Assembly (NCBI RefSeq): GCF_965219815.1
Contig: NZ_OZ244791.1
Span: 34,007 to 98,006, forward strand
Source of the DNA: Candidatus Poriferisocius sp.
GTDB taxonomy: Bacteria > Actinomycetota > Acidimicrobiia > Acidimicrobiales > Bin134
Direction of reading: 5' to 3'
DNA: 64,000 nt
The notes beneath the pieces are model-generated. The model was not told the origin of the DNA, did no database searches, and saw only the letters and a program-made list of their open reading frames with translations. Shown here piece after piece: positions 36,621 to 46,433 of this stretch. Position 1 is the stretch's first letter; every line of letters begins with the position of its first letter. The translations under genes and the position numbers were made by a program.

Positions 36621-38083
36621 TGGAGACCTACGACAACTGGATCGACGGGGGGTTCACTCCCCCGCCCAACGGACAGCGCATGGCCACGGCCAACCCGTTC
36701 ACCGGCGAGCCCTGGGCCGAGGTGGCTGACGACCCAGCCGCAGTGGACGACGCCGTCCGGGCGGCTCGGCGGGCGTTTACCGACGGCCCCTGGGCCACCA
36801 TGGCCGCCACCGAGCGAGCCCAGTTGATGCGCCGCCTGGGGGAGCTGCTGACCCGCGACGCCGAGCTGCTGGGTACCGTCGAGACCCGGGACAACGGCAA
36901 GATCATCCGTGAGACGTCGGCCCAGGCCAAGGGCTTGCAGGGCTACTACGAATTCTTCGCCGGAATGGCCGACAAGATCGGCGGCGAGCAGCTTCCCAGC
37001 CCCTCGCCCAACTTCTTGGTGTACACCGAGCGCGAGCCCATCGGGGTGGTGGGGGCCATCATCCCGTGGAATTCGCCATTGGCCCTACTGACCTGGAAGC
37101 TGGCCCCCCTGTTGGCCACCGGGTGTACCGCGGTTGTCAAGCCATCGGACATCACCCCGGTGACCGCGCTGATGCTGGCCGAGCGAACCGCCGAGGCCAG
37201 GTTTCCCCCCGGTGTCATCAACGTGGTGACCGGCGGGGCCGAGGTGGGAGCAGCCATCACCTCCCATCCCGATATCGACAAGATCACCTTCACCGGCGGC
37301 GGGGCCACTGCCAAGCACGTGGCCCGGGCCGCAGCCGACAACCTGACGCCCACGGTGCTGGAGTTGGGCGGCAAGTCGCCCCAGATCATCTTCGCCGACG
37401 CCGACCCCGAGGCGGTGACCAACGGGCTCTTGGCCGGGATCTTCGCCGCCAGCGGACAGACCTGCATTGCCGGGTCGAGGGCCTACATCCACCGGGACAT
37501 CGCCGATGAGGTGGTCGGACGGGTGGTGGCCCGGGCCGATGAGCTGGTGCTGGGCGATCCCGCCGATACTGCCACCGAGATGGGCCCGGCGGCATCCGAC
37601 GCCCAGCGCGACCGGATCTTGGCCATGATCGACCAGGCCCGTTCAGAGGGCGCCACCATTGCCGCGGGCGGAATGATCGACCCCGACCTCGGCGGGAGGT
37701 TCGTGCGCCCCACCGTGATCACCGGGGTGACCAACCAGTCCACCATCGTGCGCGAGGAAGTGTTCGGCCCGGTGCTAGCGGTGCTGGAATTCGAAGACGA
37801 GGACGAAGTGGTGAAGCTGGCCAACGACAGCGACTACGGCCTGGCCGCCGGCATCTGGACCAACGACATCCGCCGAGCCCACCGGGTGTCCAGAGCGCTC
37901 CGGGTAGGCACCGTGTGGATCAACACCTACCGCAACGTGAGCTACATGGCCCCCTTCGGCGGCTTCAAACAATCAGGCTACGGCCGAGACAACGGCCTGG
38001 AAGCCCTCGACGGCTTCCTCCAAACCAAAACCGTCTGGATAGAACTAACCGGCGCCACCCGCGACCCCTTCGTGATCGGTTGA
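36617..38083 (+). CDS. NAD(P)-dependent aldehyde dehydrogenase
   Basis: ELGGKSP and catalytic-Cys region GQTCIAGSR. EEVFGPV. Confidence 0.9.
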   Translation: MMETYDNWIDGGFTPPPNGQRMATANPFTGEPWAEVADDPAAVDDAVRAARRAFTDGPWATMAATERAQLMRRLGELLTRDAELLGTVETRDNGKIIRETSAQAKGLQGYYEFFAGMADKIGGEQLPSPSPNFLVYTEREPIGVVGAIIPWNSPLALLTWKLAPLLATGCTAVVKPSDITPVTALMLAERTAEARFPPGVINVVTGGAEVGAAITSHPDIDKITFTGGGATAKHVARAAADNLTPTVLELGGKSPQIIFADADPEAVTNGLLAGIFAASGQTCIAGSRAYIHRDIADEVVGRVVARADELVLGDPADTATEMGPAASDAQRDRILAMIDQARSEGATIAAGGMIDPDLGGRFVRPTVITGVTNQSTIVREEVFGPVLAVLEFEDEDEVVKLANDSDYGLAAGIWTNDIRRAHRVSRALRVGTVWINTYRNVSYMAPFGGFKQSGYGRDNGLEALDGFLQTKTVWIELTGATRDPFVIG

Positions 38084-38116
38084 CTCTACCCTCCCCACGG
38101 GGCGTACATCTTCCGC

Positions 38117-38321
38117 TCAGTCCAACACCCCGATAGCTCGAAGACGCTCACCAAGGACTTCGCCACTAAAGCGCGTTCGGTCTCTTGAGATGAAATGTAC
38201 CCCAGCCTCCGCAACCACATCTGGGGCACGTTGCGCAACAAGAACTTCAAACAAGAGCATCGTGGCCCCTGTGACGAAACGAACCGACTGGACATATCGT
38301 TCACTGCGAGCGTGGTTGGCG
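38117..38321 (-). pseudogene. 3' portion of the unknown gene split by the IS3-family element
   Basis: Joining 39558 to 38321 keeps the frame open (..YVGTLD|HANHARSERYVQSV...RAIGVLD*) down to TGA at 38117-38119. Confidence 0.55.
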
Positions 38322-38359
38322 TGACCCCCTGAGTTTGGTCCACCTGTTGTGAGAGTTCG

Positions 38360-38674
38360 TTGTCCAGTGTTGCTGGATGGAGGAGGATCACGACTATGGC
38401 GAGGCGAAGGCACACGCCCGAGCAGATTGTGCGCAAGCTGCGGGAGGCCGATCGGCTTTTGGGCGAGGGGGCGGAGATCGCGGATGTGGCGCGGCGTTTG
38501 GAGGTGTCGGAGGCGACGTTTCATCGGTGGCGCAATCAGTACGGGGGCCTCAAGGCCGACGACGTGAAGCGTCTCAAGGAGCTGGAGGCCGAGAACGCGC
38601 GGCTGAAGCGGATCGTGGCCGACAAGGAGCTGGAGATCGACGCTTTGCGGGAGATCAGCCGGGCAAAATGGTGA
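38360..38674 (+). CDS. IS3-family transposase OrfA (HTH + leucine zipper)
   Basis: RRRHTPEQIVRKLREAD...EATFHRWRNQYGGLKADDVKRLKELEAENARLKRIVADKELE is the canonical IS3/IS407-type OrfA. Confidence 0.9.
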   Translation: MSSVAGWRRITTMARRRHTPEQIVRKLREADRLLGEGAEIADVARRLEVSEATFHRWRNQYGGLKADDVKRLKELEAENARLKRIVADKELEIDALREISRAKW

Positions 38675-39528
38675 GCCCGCCGCAGCGGCGCAGAGCCGTC
38701 CGGCTGCTCTGCGAGCGGCTGGGGGTGTCGCAGCGGCGGGCGTGTGAGATCGTCGGGCAGCACCGCTCCACCCAGCGCTACGAGCCGGCCGAGCAGGACC
38801 CCGACCGGGACCTGCGGGCCGAGCTGCGCGACTTCGCCGAGAACCGCCCCCGGTGGGGGTATCGGCGGGCCCATGCGGTGCTGGTGCGCGACGGCTGGGC
38901 GGTGAACCGCAAGAAAGTCCAGCGCCTGTGGCGCGAGGAGGGCCTTCGGGTGCCGCCGAAGCGGCGCAAGCGACAGCGCACAGGAGACTCCGACGCCGAC
39001 GCCGGACTGCTCAAAGCCGAGCACCCCGACCACGTGTGGGCGCTGGACTACCAGTTCGACGCGACCGCGGCGGGCCGCAGGATCAAGATACTGCACGTTC
39101 TCGACGAGTTCACCCGAGAGTCGCTCGCCGACCTCGTGGACCACAGCATCGACGCGGACGCGACGGTGGCGTGCTTGGACAAGATCGCCTCGGCCAGGGG
39201 CCGGCACCCCGAGTTCATCCGGTGCGACAACGGCCCCGAGCTCACCGCCGCGGCCCTGCGCGATTGGTGCGAGTTCACCAGCACCAAGACCAGCTACATC
39301 GACCCCGGGTCTCCCTGGCAGAACCCCTGGGTCGAGTCATACGGCGCCAGAATGCGAGACGAACTCCTCGCCATCGAGCAGTTCGACAGCCTCCTCGAGG
39401 CCCAAGTACTTGTCGCCGACTGGCAAACCGACTACAACACCTACCGCCCCCACTCCGCGCTCGGCATGCTCACCCCAGCCGAATACGCAGACCAATGGGC
39501 AAAAAACAACCCGAAAAAACTCTCATAA
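38670..39528 (+). CDS. IS3-family transposase OrfB (integrase-core DDE domain)
   Basis: -1 frame relative to orfA. WALDYQFD...ILHVLDEFTRE...RCDNGPELT...PWQNPWVESYGARMRDELL...YNTYRPHSALG (D, D, E region). ATG 38670 overlaps the orfA stop (ATGGTGA). Confidence 0.85.
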
Positions 39529-39557
39529 CACCTGGACCAAAAAACGGGGTCCGGTCA

Positions 39558-40339
39558 TGGTCAAGGGTACCGACGTAGAACATTGACGGGTCGCCATAAT
39601 TGGACCTTGTCCTTGATCTCCACAAGAAGTCAAAGACTGTCGTAGGTTCACAGCTCTTATCGATTCGAACCCCCTCGCCTTTCGGAAGTTGCGACCTACC
39701 TAGATTCTGCCTCCGCTCTCTCTTAAGGTCCTCCAGCCTCCTACCTCTCGTTGTCTTCAAACACTTCGCAAGCAGGTCATATGGGTTGGGACTAGCAGCA
39801 AGGTTGCTCACCTCTTGCGGGGGCTGGTCGAATCCCTTGAAGCTCAGCGCCCCATGTCGTGTGCAAGTAAGCGACCAAGGCTGCGGAAAGATAGGAGAAC
39901 CCTTGACTGAAGCAGCAAGAGCCTTGAGTGTCTTGCGGTGACTCGTCGGAACTGCGTTATTTCTGACGAGTAGGAAACCTGCAGCAGCACGTGATGTCGC
40001 ATAGTACGCGTATACGTTGTTCCAAAGGTTCTGCAGCATCAGCCGAGGGTCGTCATCGTCCACGGCGTACAGGCCTAGCTCTTGAGTCCATGCACCGAGC
40101 AGGAGTTCCCTCAAGCCTTGTTCATCACCTTTGAATGGCTGTCCGGTTAGCTTCTTGACCGGCCGACGGGCCTTGAGGTCGTTGACTAGTGGCTGGTGGA
40201 AATCGATTCCGTATCGATCCTCAATCACTCCAGCGATGGCCCCCCAGTAGCCCATGTAGGTCGTGAAGGCCCTAGCCTCGGCCGTGTCAGCGTCTATGAG
40301 GCCATAGACGTCCAGAGTGTTGAAATCGACTGGGGACAT
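39558..40339 (-). pseudogene. 5' portion (about 260 codons) of an unknown gene split by the IS
   Basis: ORF 39470-40339 runs into the IS right end at 39557. Its last ~29 codons are IS-derived. GGAGAG RBS upstream of ATG 40339. Confidence 0.65.
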
Positions 40340-40621
40340 TCGAAAGCTCTCCGCCTGGTGATGCTCGTCTTGTCAGGCCAGAGTTCTTGGGAAGTGTGAA
40401 CTCCCCTTGGCCTCTTGGCATATGTGTGCAATACCCAAGCGGGCTGCAGGAGCCCTGCCCTGCTCCCACCGCAACCATATCCCCATCGTGTGACAATCGA
40501 AATCAATTTACCGTTACAACCTTCGGCGTACGCTCAAAGACCGGACCTCCTGGCTGTCGTACCCAGTTGGAGTAGGAGAAACGTCTGAGTCGCCCAGCTA
40601 GATCTGCCCAGACTCGACCTC

Positions 40622-43594
40622 TCAACCCGCCGCTTGCGTCACTAGGTCGTCAGGGCTGTTTGCCACCTTGTAGTCAACCCCAATTGCTTTGAAGTGCTTT
40701 TCCGCGCAGTCGATCTTGATGTTCTCCACTTCTCGGCGTTCGACAGCGTCGAGGCTGCCTTTTGTCTCGCGCACGAGGTAGAGCTTGGCCTCGGACTCAA
40801 GCATGATCGCCCAGTCAGGGTTGTAGGGGCCGACTGGTGTGTCGACCGTGAACCACGAGGGGAGCTTGATGTAGAAGCGGACATCCCTGTTGTCGTCTAG
40901 CGCTTTGGCGAAATGGTGCTCGACCTCGGAATCGAACTCGACGTGGTCGTACGGGGTCTTGTCCTCGTTCTGCACTTTGTAGAGGTTGCTGGCGTACCGC
41001 TCGATCGCCTCTTCGGCCTCGGGCTCAAGGCGGCGCATCTCCCACATCGAGCCGGCGACCTCCTCGTACTCGATCCCGCTGAGCACCTGCGACCGGAGCA
41101 CCATGGTGATGGTTCTCGAAGCAAGCTGGAGGAACGCTTGAGGGTTGACGAGGAAGTCGTCCAGGCGTCCTGATTCGGTGAGAATCCTCACGATGGTCTT
41201 GCGGGTCAGGTCGGTCTCGTTCTGGAGGTCGGCGAGGATGTCCGGCAGGAAGGTCGGCCTTTCGGTGTCGAGTGCCTGTTTCGTCTGCACTTCTGTTGCC
41301 TGCAAACCCGAGAGCTTGTGCTTGATGTCGGCAACCCGGATCGTGATCTTCGGCACCTCGACCGCCGGGGCTTCCCGAAGGGTGACCACGGTGTCGGCCA
41401 CCAGTGCATCGGTGTCGAGCGCGACCCGGTACCGGGTGCGGACGCTGATCCGATTCCAGAGTTCTTGGAACTCGGGATCCAGTGTGACTTGCTTCCGGTA
41501 GCGGACCGTCTGGCGCTTCCGCGCATCGCGAATCTGGATCAGCTCAACGCGCTTCGAGATCACCCTGGTGATGTCCTCCCTTGAACCCTCATAACCTTCA
41601 GGAACCGGGAGAACAAACGACTCGTCAAGCGGGTTGAACGAAGGGAGTACCTGGCCTTCGCTCCCGATGATGCCCTCCGCTTCGAGGTGGTCCCACACGA
41701 TGCTTGATCCGTCGGCACCGAACTTCTCGCCCGGATTCACCGGATGGCCTGCGGGCCGGAGCAGACGGGTGAAAGCTGTTCGCTCGACGACGCCGAACTT
41801 CCGCCCGGTGTCCTCCTCGTATTCGGTCTGGAGGGCCCGGGCGAAGTCTTCGTAGGCTTCGTTCGCGATCACCGTCAGCCGGTTGACATTGCGGTCTCGC
41901 ACCCGCTCCCCGTCGTGGTTGACAGGCAGGCGAAGGCCGCGACCGATCTCTTGCCGCTTGCGGTCGGCCGATCTGGACTCGTTGAGTGTGCAGATCTGGA
42001 ACACGTTGGGGTTGTCCCAACCTTCCCGGAGGGCCGAGTGGCTGAAGATGAACCGAAGCGGCTCGTCGGGGCTGAGAAGTCGCTCCTTGTCCCGCATGAT
42101 CAGCTCGTAGGTGTCTTCGTCGGCCTTGGTCCTGCCGCTCGTATCCTTCAGCTTCTCGGGCTTGTTCCGGGTGGCCTTGTCCTTGCTGAAGTAGCCGCCA
42201 TGGACCTCGGTCGCTGCTGAGAGCTTGAGAGCGGCATACTTTGGCTTGGCGGCGAGTTCGGCGTAGACCTCCTCGAACCACTCAGCAAACTGGCCGGGCC
42301 GGGGCCCGTCGTCGGTGTACTGGCGGTAGTTGGCCACTTTGTCCAAAAAGATGAGCGACAGCACCTTGATGCGCTTGCCTTGCCGATGCAGGGAGAGCTC
42401 CCGATCGAGATGCTGTCTGACGGTCTCCCAGATTTGGGCCCGGCGGACTTCGTCGCCGAATCCTCCTTGTGGCTCGCCTTCGTAGACGATCTGGCCAGAG
42501 TTGAACTCAACATTCTCGTCGCCCGCACGAAAGGAGATGTTGGCGACAATGAATCCATTGGCGTATTCCTGCCGCTCATCAGACAGCGCATGGAGGTCGG
42601 CGCCCACTTTGACCCAGACCGATTTCTGCCCACCAGCCGAACCGGTGCCTACGTTGATCTGCACCTGAGCCCGCATCCTCTTCTGATCGGTCCTCACCAC
42701 CTTGACAAAGGCGGCGTTGAGGTTCTCCTCACCGACGACGCTGGCCACCTCGATGCTCTTCACCAGGCGCATCTCGTGGGCTTCGACCGGCCCGAGCCGG
42801 TAGATCGGGTTGTAGTCCTTCTTATGGGTTGCGGAGTACCGCAAGGTACACATCGGGTTGAGCCGCTCGATGGCCGCAGCCGCCTTTTCCGATTCCATGT
42901 TCTGCGGCTCATCGACCACCACGACCGGACGACAAGATTGGATGAACTCGATCGGGCGCCGCCCCGACATGGCATCGCTGGCCCGGTTGATCACGTTGGC
43001 GTTGCGGGAACCCTCCTCGCCATCTGCTGACACGTCCTTGCGGAAGGCATCGATGTTGAGGATGAGGATCTGCATGGTGTTGGAGGTGGCGAACTGCCGT
43101 ACCCGGCCGAGATTCTTCGAGTCGTAGACCTGCGCGTCGAACGGAATCGAATACAGAGACTGAAAGTGGTCTCGCATGAGTTTGATGCTGGCCAACACGC
43201 CCTCTCGGACAGCAACGGATGGGACAGCAATCACGAACTTGGTGAACCCGTAGTGCTTGTGCAGCTCAAACATGGTTCGCAAGTAGACATACGTCTTGCC
43301 GGTCCCCGTCTCCATCTCAATCGTGAAGTGCGGCCCTCCAAGCTCCGCGCTGACCGGAAGCTCGTTCTCCTCCTGGACCTGCTGGAGGTTAGAGAGCAGA
43401 TCGGACTCTAGGGAGTCGCCCGGGTCGGGGTTCCCGACTCCCAACTCGGTCAACGCGAGCTGGGCGCCCGTGGCGGTGGCAACGCTGAACTCACCGCTGA
43501 CCAACGGCATCCCGGAGAACAGGTCGACCGCAGCCTGCACCGCGTCGTGCTGGTACGCGAGATCGGGCTCGAACTTCAGCCTGACCGAGGACAA
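40622..43594 (-). CDS. res: Type III restriction endonuclease subunit (Res; SF2 helicase + C-terminal PD-(D/E)xK nuclease)
   Basis: Walker A ETGTGKTY. Motif II VVVDEPQNM. C-terminal PDWAIML...LYLVRETKGS nuclease motif. Starts 2 nt after mod. Confidence 0.9.
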   Translation of the reverse strand: MSSVRLKFEPDLAYQHDAVQAAVDLFSGMPLVSGEFSVATATGAQLALTELGVGNPDPGDSLESDLLSNLQQVQEENELPVSAELGGPHFTIEMETGTGKTYVYLRTMFELHKHYGFTKFVIAVPSVAVREGVLASIKLMRDHFQSLYSIPFDAQVYDSKNLGRVRQFATSNTMQILILNIDAFRKDVSADGEEGSRNANVINRASDAMSGRRPIEFIQSCRPVVVVDEPQNMESEKAAAAIERLNPMCTLRYSATHKKDYNPIYRLGPVEAHEMRLVKSIEVASVVGEENLNAAFVKVVRTDQKRMRAQVQINVGTGSAGGQKSVWVKVGADLHALSDERQEYANGFIVANISFRAGDENVEFNSGQIVYEGEPQGGFGDEVRRAQIWETVRQHLDRELSLHRQGKRIKVLSLIFLDKVANYRQYTDDGPRPGQFAEWFEEVYAELAAKPKYAALKLSAATEVHGGYFSKDKATRNKPEKLKDTSGRTKADEDTYELIMRDKERLLSPDEPLRFIFSHSALREGWDNPNVFQICTLNESRSADRKRQEIGRGLRLPVNHDGERVRDRNVNRLTVIANEAYEDFARALQTEYEEDTGRKFGVVERTAFTRLLRPAGHPVNPGEKFGADGSSIVWDHLEAEGIIGSEGQVLPSFNPLDESFVLPVPEGYEGSREDITRVISKRVELIQIRDARKRQTVRYRKQVTLDPEFQELWNRISVRTRYRVALDTDALVADTVVTLREAPAVEVPKITIRVADIKHKLSGLQATEVQTKQALDTERPTFLPDILADLQNETDLTRKTIVRILTESGRLDDFLVNPQAFLQLASRTITMVLRSQVLSGIEYEEVAGSMWEMRRLEPEAEEAIERYASNLYKVQNEDKTPYDHVEFDSEVEHHFAKALDDNRDVRFYIKLPSWFTVDTPVGPYNPDWAIMLESEAKLYLVRETKGSLDAVERREVENIKIDCAEKHFKAIGVDYKVANSPDDLVTQAAG

Positions 43595-43596
43595 GG

Positions 43597-45504
43597 TCAG
43601 ACAACCTTGAGGGTGATGTCGGCACCGCCGCTCTGGTTGGCCGATCGGATCGTTTGCATGGCGTTGACCTTCATCTCGTCGTCATCACCGAAGCACCGAT
43701 CCAAGACGAGGATGAGCGGCGGCCGTCTCGCGACAATCTCCTCAACGGCTTCGAGAGTGAGCTTCCCGTCTACGACGATGACGAGCTGGCCGTCAGCCAC
43801 GGAATGCAGCACCACGCCAGCGGCTTCGACCACATCGACCTGCTCGGTGAGCTCATACCCGGCCTTGAGCAACAGTTCGGCCACGATTTCTTCAGCCGTT
43901 GACGACTGGCTCACCCCGTCAGCGAACAGCGACAGCCTTGCTTCCAGTGCCTCACCGCCGTCAGCCTCGCCATCCCAAACGCGGAAGTTGGACTCAGCCA
44001 GCGCGAAGCTGCGGAAGCCCATTGGCCCTGGTGGTTCAAGTGTCCCATTGCCATCAGCAGTCAGCGCGGTTGCCGCACCCTTGAGCCGAGCACGCGTGAT
44101 GCCAGCGACGGTCTCGTAGTCGTCGTATCCCGTCGGCTCGGGAAGCTGCACCAGCACAAATCGCCGGTTGCCGCCGTCCTCGGCATTGAGCTTCCACACT
44201 GCCTCACCAGTGGCCCCTGACCCCGCGAAGAAGTCCAATACGATGTCTCCTGTCGCCGGGGTTGTTGCGAGTCGGAGCATTCGCTCAATCAGCCGCGTCG
44301 GCTTCGGCGTGTTGAAGACGGATTCCGAGGAAGCAAATTCGACTCGTTCGAGAAGTTCCTTCTTGGCCTCATCAGTGTGGCCAACTTCCTCATACTTCCA
44401 GAGCGTCTGCGGGACCCTCCCCTCTCGCACCTCACTGAGGAAGCGCTTGACCGCCGGTGTTCCCGAACCGTCAGCCCCGAACCAGATGCGGTTGTCCTCA
44501 ACCATCTCCTTGAACTTCTCCTCCGAGTAGCGCCAATAGGTGCCCGGAGGCGGACCAGGGATTGGACGGCCTGACGGCGTCTCGATCGGGTAGGTGCCCT
44601 TGCTGTAGTAATTGCGGGCAGATAGGTCACCGCTTTTCCACGGGCCGCGTGGATCATCGTCCGGATTCTGGTAGCGGGCCTCCATTTTTTCCGTTCTCGG
44701 CAACGGATTCGGTTCCCACTCCGCCGCGTTCCTCGCGTAGACGAGGACGTAGTCGTGATCCTCGCTGAAATGCCGTGCCGAGTTCTTGGGACCGTACACC
44801 TTCTGCCAGATGCAGCTGGCGACGAAGTTCTCAGGACCGAAGATCTCGTCCATCAGCAGGCGCAGGTTGTGTACCTCGTGGTCGTCGATGGTCATGAAGA
44901 TCGCACCATCCGGCCGCAGCAGGTTCCGCGCCAGCGCCAAGCGGGGAAACATCATCGAGAGCCAGTTCGAGTGGTAGCGCCCACTCGTCTCGGCATTGGC
45001 CGACAACCTCTTCCCCGACTCATCACTCTGACCGGTAAAGCGCAGATAGGTGGCAAGCCCCTCGCGGAAATTGTCCGGGTAGATGAACTCCTTGCCCGTG
45101 TTGTACGGCGGATCGATGTAGATCATCTTGACCTTGCCGTAATAGGCCCGCTGGAGCAGCTTGAGCACCTCCAGGCTGTCGCCCTCGACTACCACATCAC
45201 GGGCGACATCGGCGCGCAGCGACCGGTCGGCATCCGGACGGAGACTCCCGACCGAGGGCTCCTGCATCGCAGCCGCCGCAGCCGCCTTCCCCGGCCAAGA
45301 CAGCCCATACCGCTCCTGCTGAGGATCAACCGCCCTCTGCCCCATCGCCACCGCCAGGTCCTCAGGCACCAACTCCATCTCAGAGAACGCCTCAGGAACA
45401 AGATCCCGAAGAACTGCATACCGATCGTCCTTCGGAACCAAGCTCGTCAGATCGAACCTCTCAATCGCCCCGCCAGCAGCGTCCGCTGTCATCCCAACCC
45501 CCAT
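43597..45504 (-). CDS. mod: Type III R-M DNA methyltransferase subunit (Mod; beta-class N6-adenine/N4-cytosine MTase)
   Basis: Motif IV IYIDPPYNTG precedes motif I DFFAGSGATGEAV (beta-class order). Immediately upstream of res. Confidence 0.9.
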   Translation of the reverse strand: MGVGMTADAAGGAIERFDLTSLVPKDDRYAVLRDLVPEAFSEMELVPEDLAVAMGQRAVDPQQERYGLSWPGKAAAAAAMQEPSVGSLRPDADRSLRADVARDVVVEGDSLEVLKLLQRAYYGKVKMIYIDPPYNTGKEFIYPDNFREGLATYLRFTGQSDESGKRLSANAETSGRYHSNWLSMMFPRLALARNLLRPDGAIFMTIDDHEVHNLRLLMDEIFGPENFVASCIWQKVYGPKNSARHFSEDHDYVLVYARNAAEWEPNPLPRTEKMEARYQNPDDDPRGPWKSGDLSARNYYSKGTYPIETPSGRPIPGPPPGTYWRYSEEKFKEMVEDNRIWFGADGSGTPAVKRFLSEVREGRVPQTLWKYEEVGHTDEAKKELLERVEFASSESVFNTPKPTRLIERMLRLATTPATGDIVLDFFAGSGATGEAVWKLNAEDGGNRRFVLVQLPEPTGYDDYETVAGITRARLKGAATALTADGNGTLEPPGPMGFRSFALAESNFRVWDGEADGGEALEARLSLFADGVSQSSTAEEIVAELLLKAGYELTEQVDVVEAAGVVLHSVADGQLVIVVDGKLTLEAVEEIVARRPPLILVLDRCFGDDDEMKVNAMQTIRSANQSGGADITLKVV

Positions 45505-45783
45505 CGCACCATGAAGCAGTCCCCGGATTCCATCTGTCCCGCTAGTCGATCCCCAACATGGTCTATCAGTTCATCCCCCCAAGGCACCGCACCTCGTCTG
45601 GTCAAGTCTTGCTGAGATCCTTAGGCGATACACCAAACGGCCAGCAGACTACGTAGCGCAGCCGCTACGGAGAATGGTTCATGGGACAAAGTAGCAGGTC
45701 AGAGGCGCAATTTCGTGTCTAAGGGACCAAACTGTCACAACTGCCATCTACCATTGGGCGCCAATCCAAGAAACGAGGAAGAC

Positions 45784-46431
45784 ATGGCAGATGAGAAACT
45801 CCCGTACGTAACTAGCACTGGGTCGCTGACCAAGGCCCTTACGAAGATCCAATCCGCGGCAACTCCAGATAGGTTCACACAGGATTTTCTAGCGACGAAG
45901 TTAGGACTATCTGGTGGGGGCGCTAAACCAGTAATTCCCTTCTTGAAGCGCACCGGATTTCTTGCCTCCGATGGAACTCCGACCGAGACCTACAAACACT
46001 TCAGAAATCAGAAACAGCGAGGGGCAGCAGCAGCTGCAGCCCTCCGAACAGGCTACGCACCCCTATTTGAAGCGAATGAGTACGCCTACGAGCTCAACGA
46101 CGACGACCTCCGAGGGCTGATTGTGCAAATCACAGGAGCCGAAGAGGGCTCTCGAATGCTGACAGCGATTGTCGGCTCCTTCAAGGCCCTGCTCGAACTC
46201 GCTCAATTCGACGAGTCGGACGATCACGAGGCCGATGGTCCTGGCTCGGCGACCAGCGGAGACGACGGCGACGACCCCACATCCTTGCCGGACCAAGGTC
46301 AAGACGGGAAGGAGTCCTTGCTCGGAGACCTGAGCATCGGGTACACGATCAATCTCCACCTACCTGCCACCTCTGACATTGCTGTATTCAATGCCATCTT
46401 CAAGAGCCTCCGAGAGAACCTCCTTCGATAG
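45784..46431 (+). CDS. DUF5343-like protein (family recalled from memory)
   Basis: ATG 45784 with a GAGGAAG RBS; the ORF extends to GTG 45715. KLPYVTSTGSLTKALTKIQSAATPDRFTQDFLATKLG. Acidic low-complexity linker. Coupled to the next gene (2-nt gap). Confidence 0.6.
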   Translation: MADEKLPYVTSTGSLTKALTKIQSAATPDRFTQDFLATKLGLSGGGAKPVIPFLKRTGFLASDGTPTETYKHFRNQKQRGAAAAAALRTGYAPLFEANEYAYELNDDDLRGLIVQITGAEEGSRMLTAIVGSFKALLELAQFDESDDHEADGPGSATSGDDGDDPTSLPDQGQDGKESLLGDLSIGYTINLHLPATSDIAVFNAIFKSLRENLLR

Positions 46432-46433
46432 TC

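Larger units (their letters stand above)
38322..39557 (+). mobile_element. IS3-family insertion sequence (~1.24 kb) with orfA/orfB
   Basis: Terminal inverted repeats: TGACCCCCTGAGTTTGGTCCACCTGTTGTGAG (left) versus the reverse complement of the right end, TGACCGGACCCCGTTTTTTGGTCCAGGTGTTATGAG. TG..CA termini. HTH orfA plus a DDE (rve) orfB in the -1 frame. Confidence 0.85.

Noticed and set aside
38655-38675. Programmed -1 frameshift heptamer between IS orfA and orfB
   Set aside because: No X-XXY-YYZ motif is present (the sequence is CGGGCAAAATGGTGA). I report the frame relationship only, not a frameshift site.
38318-39561. Target-site duplication flanking the IS3-family element
   Set aside because: The 3-4 nt on each side (GGCG / TGGT) do not match for any boundary choice I tried, so no TSD is claimed.
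45652-45669. Small dyad CGTAGCG-CAGC-CGCTACG in the mod / DUF5343-like divergent region
   Set aside because: A 7-bp stem is expected by chance in an intergenic region of this size, and nothing corroborates it.
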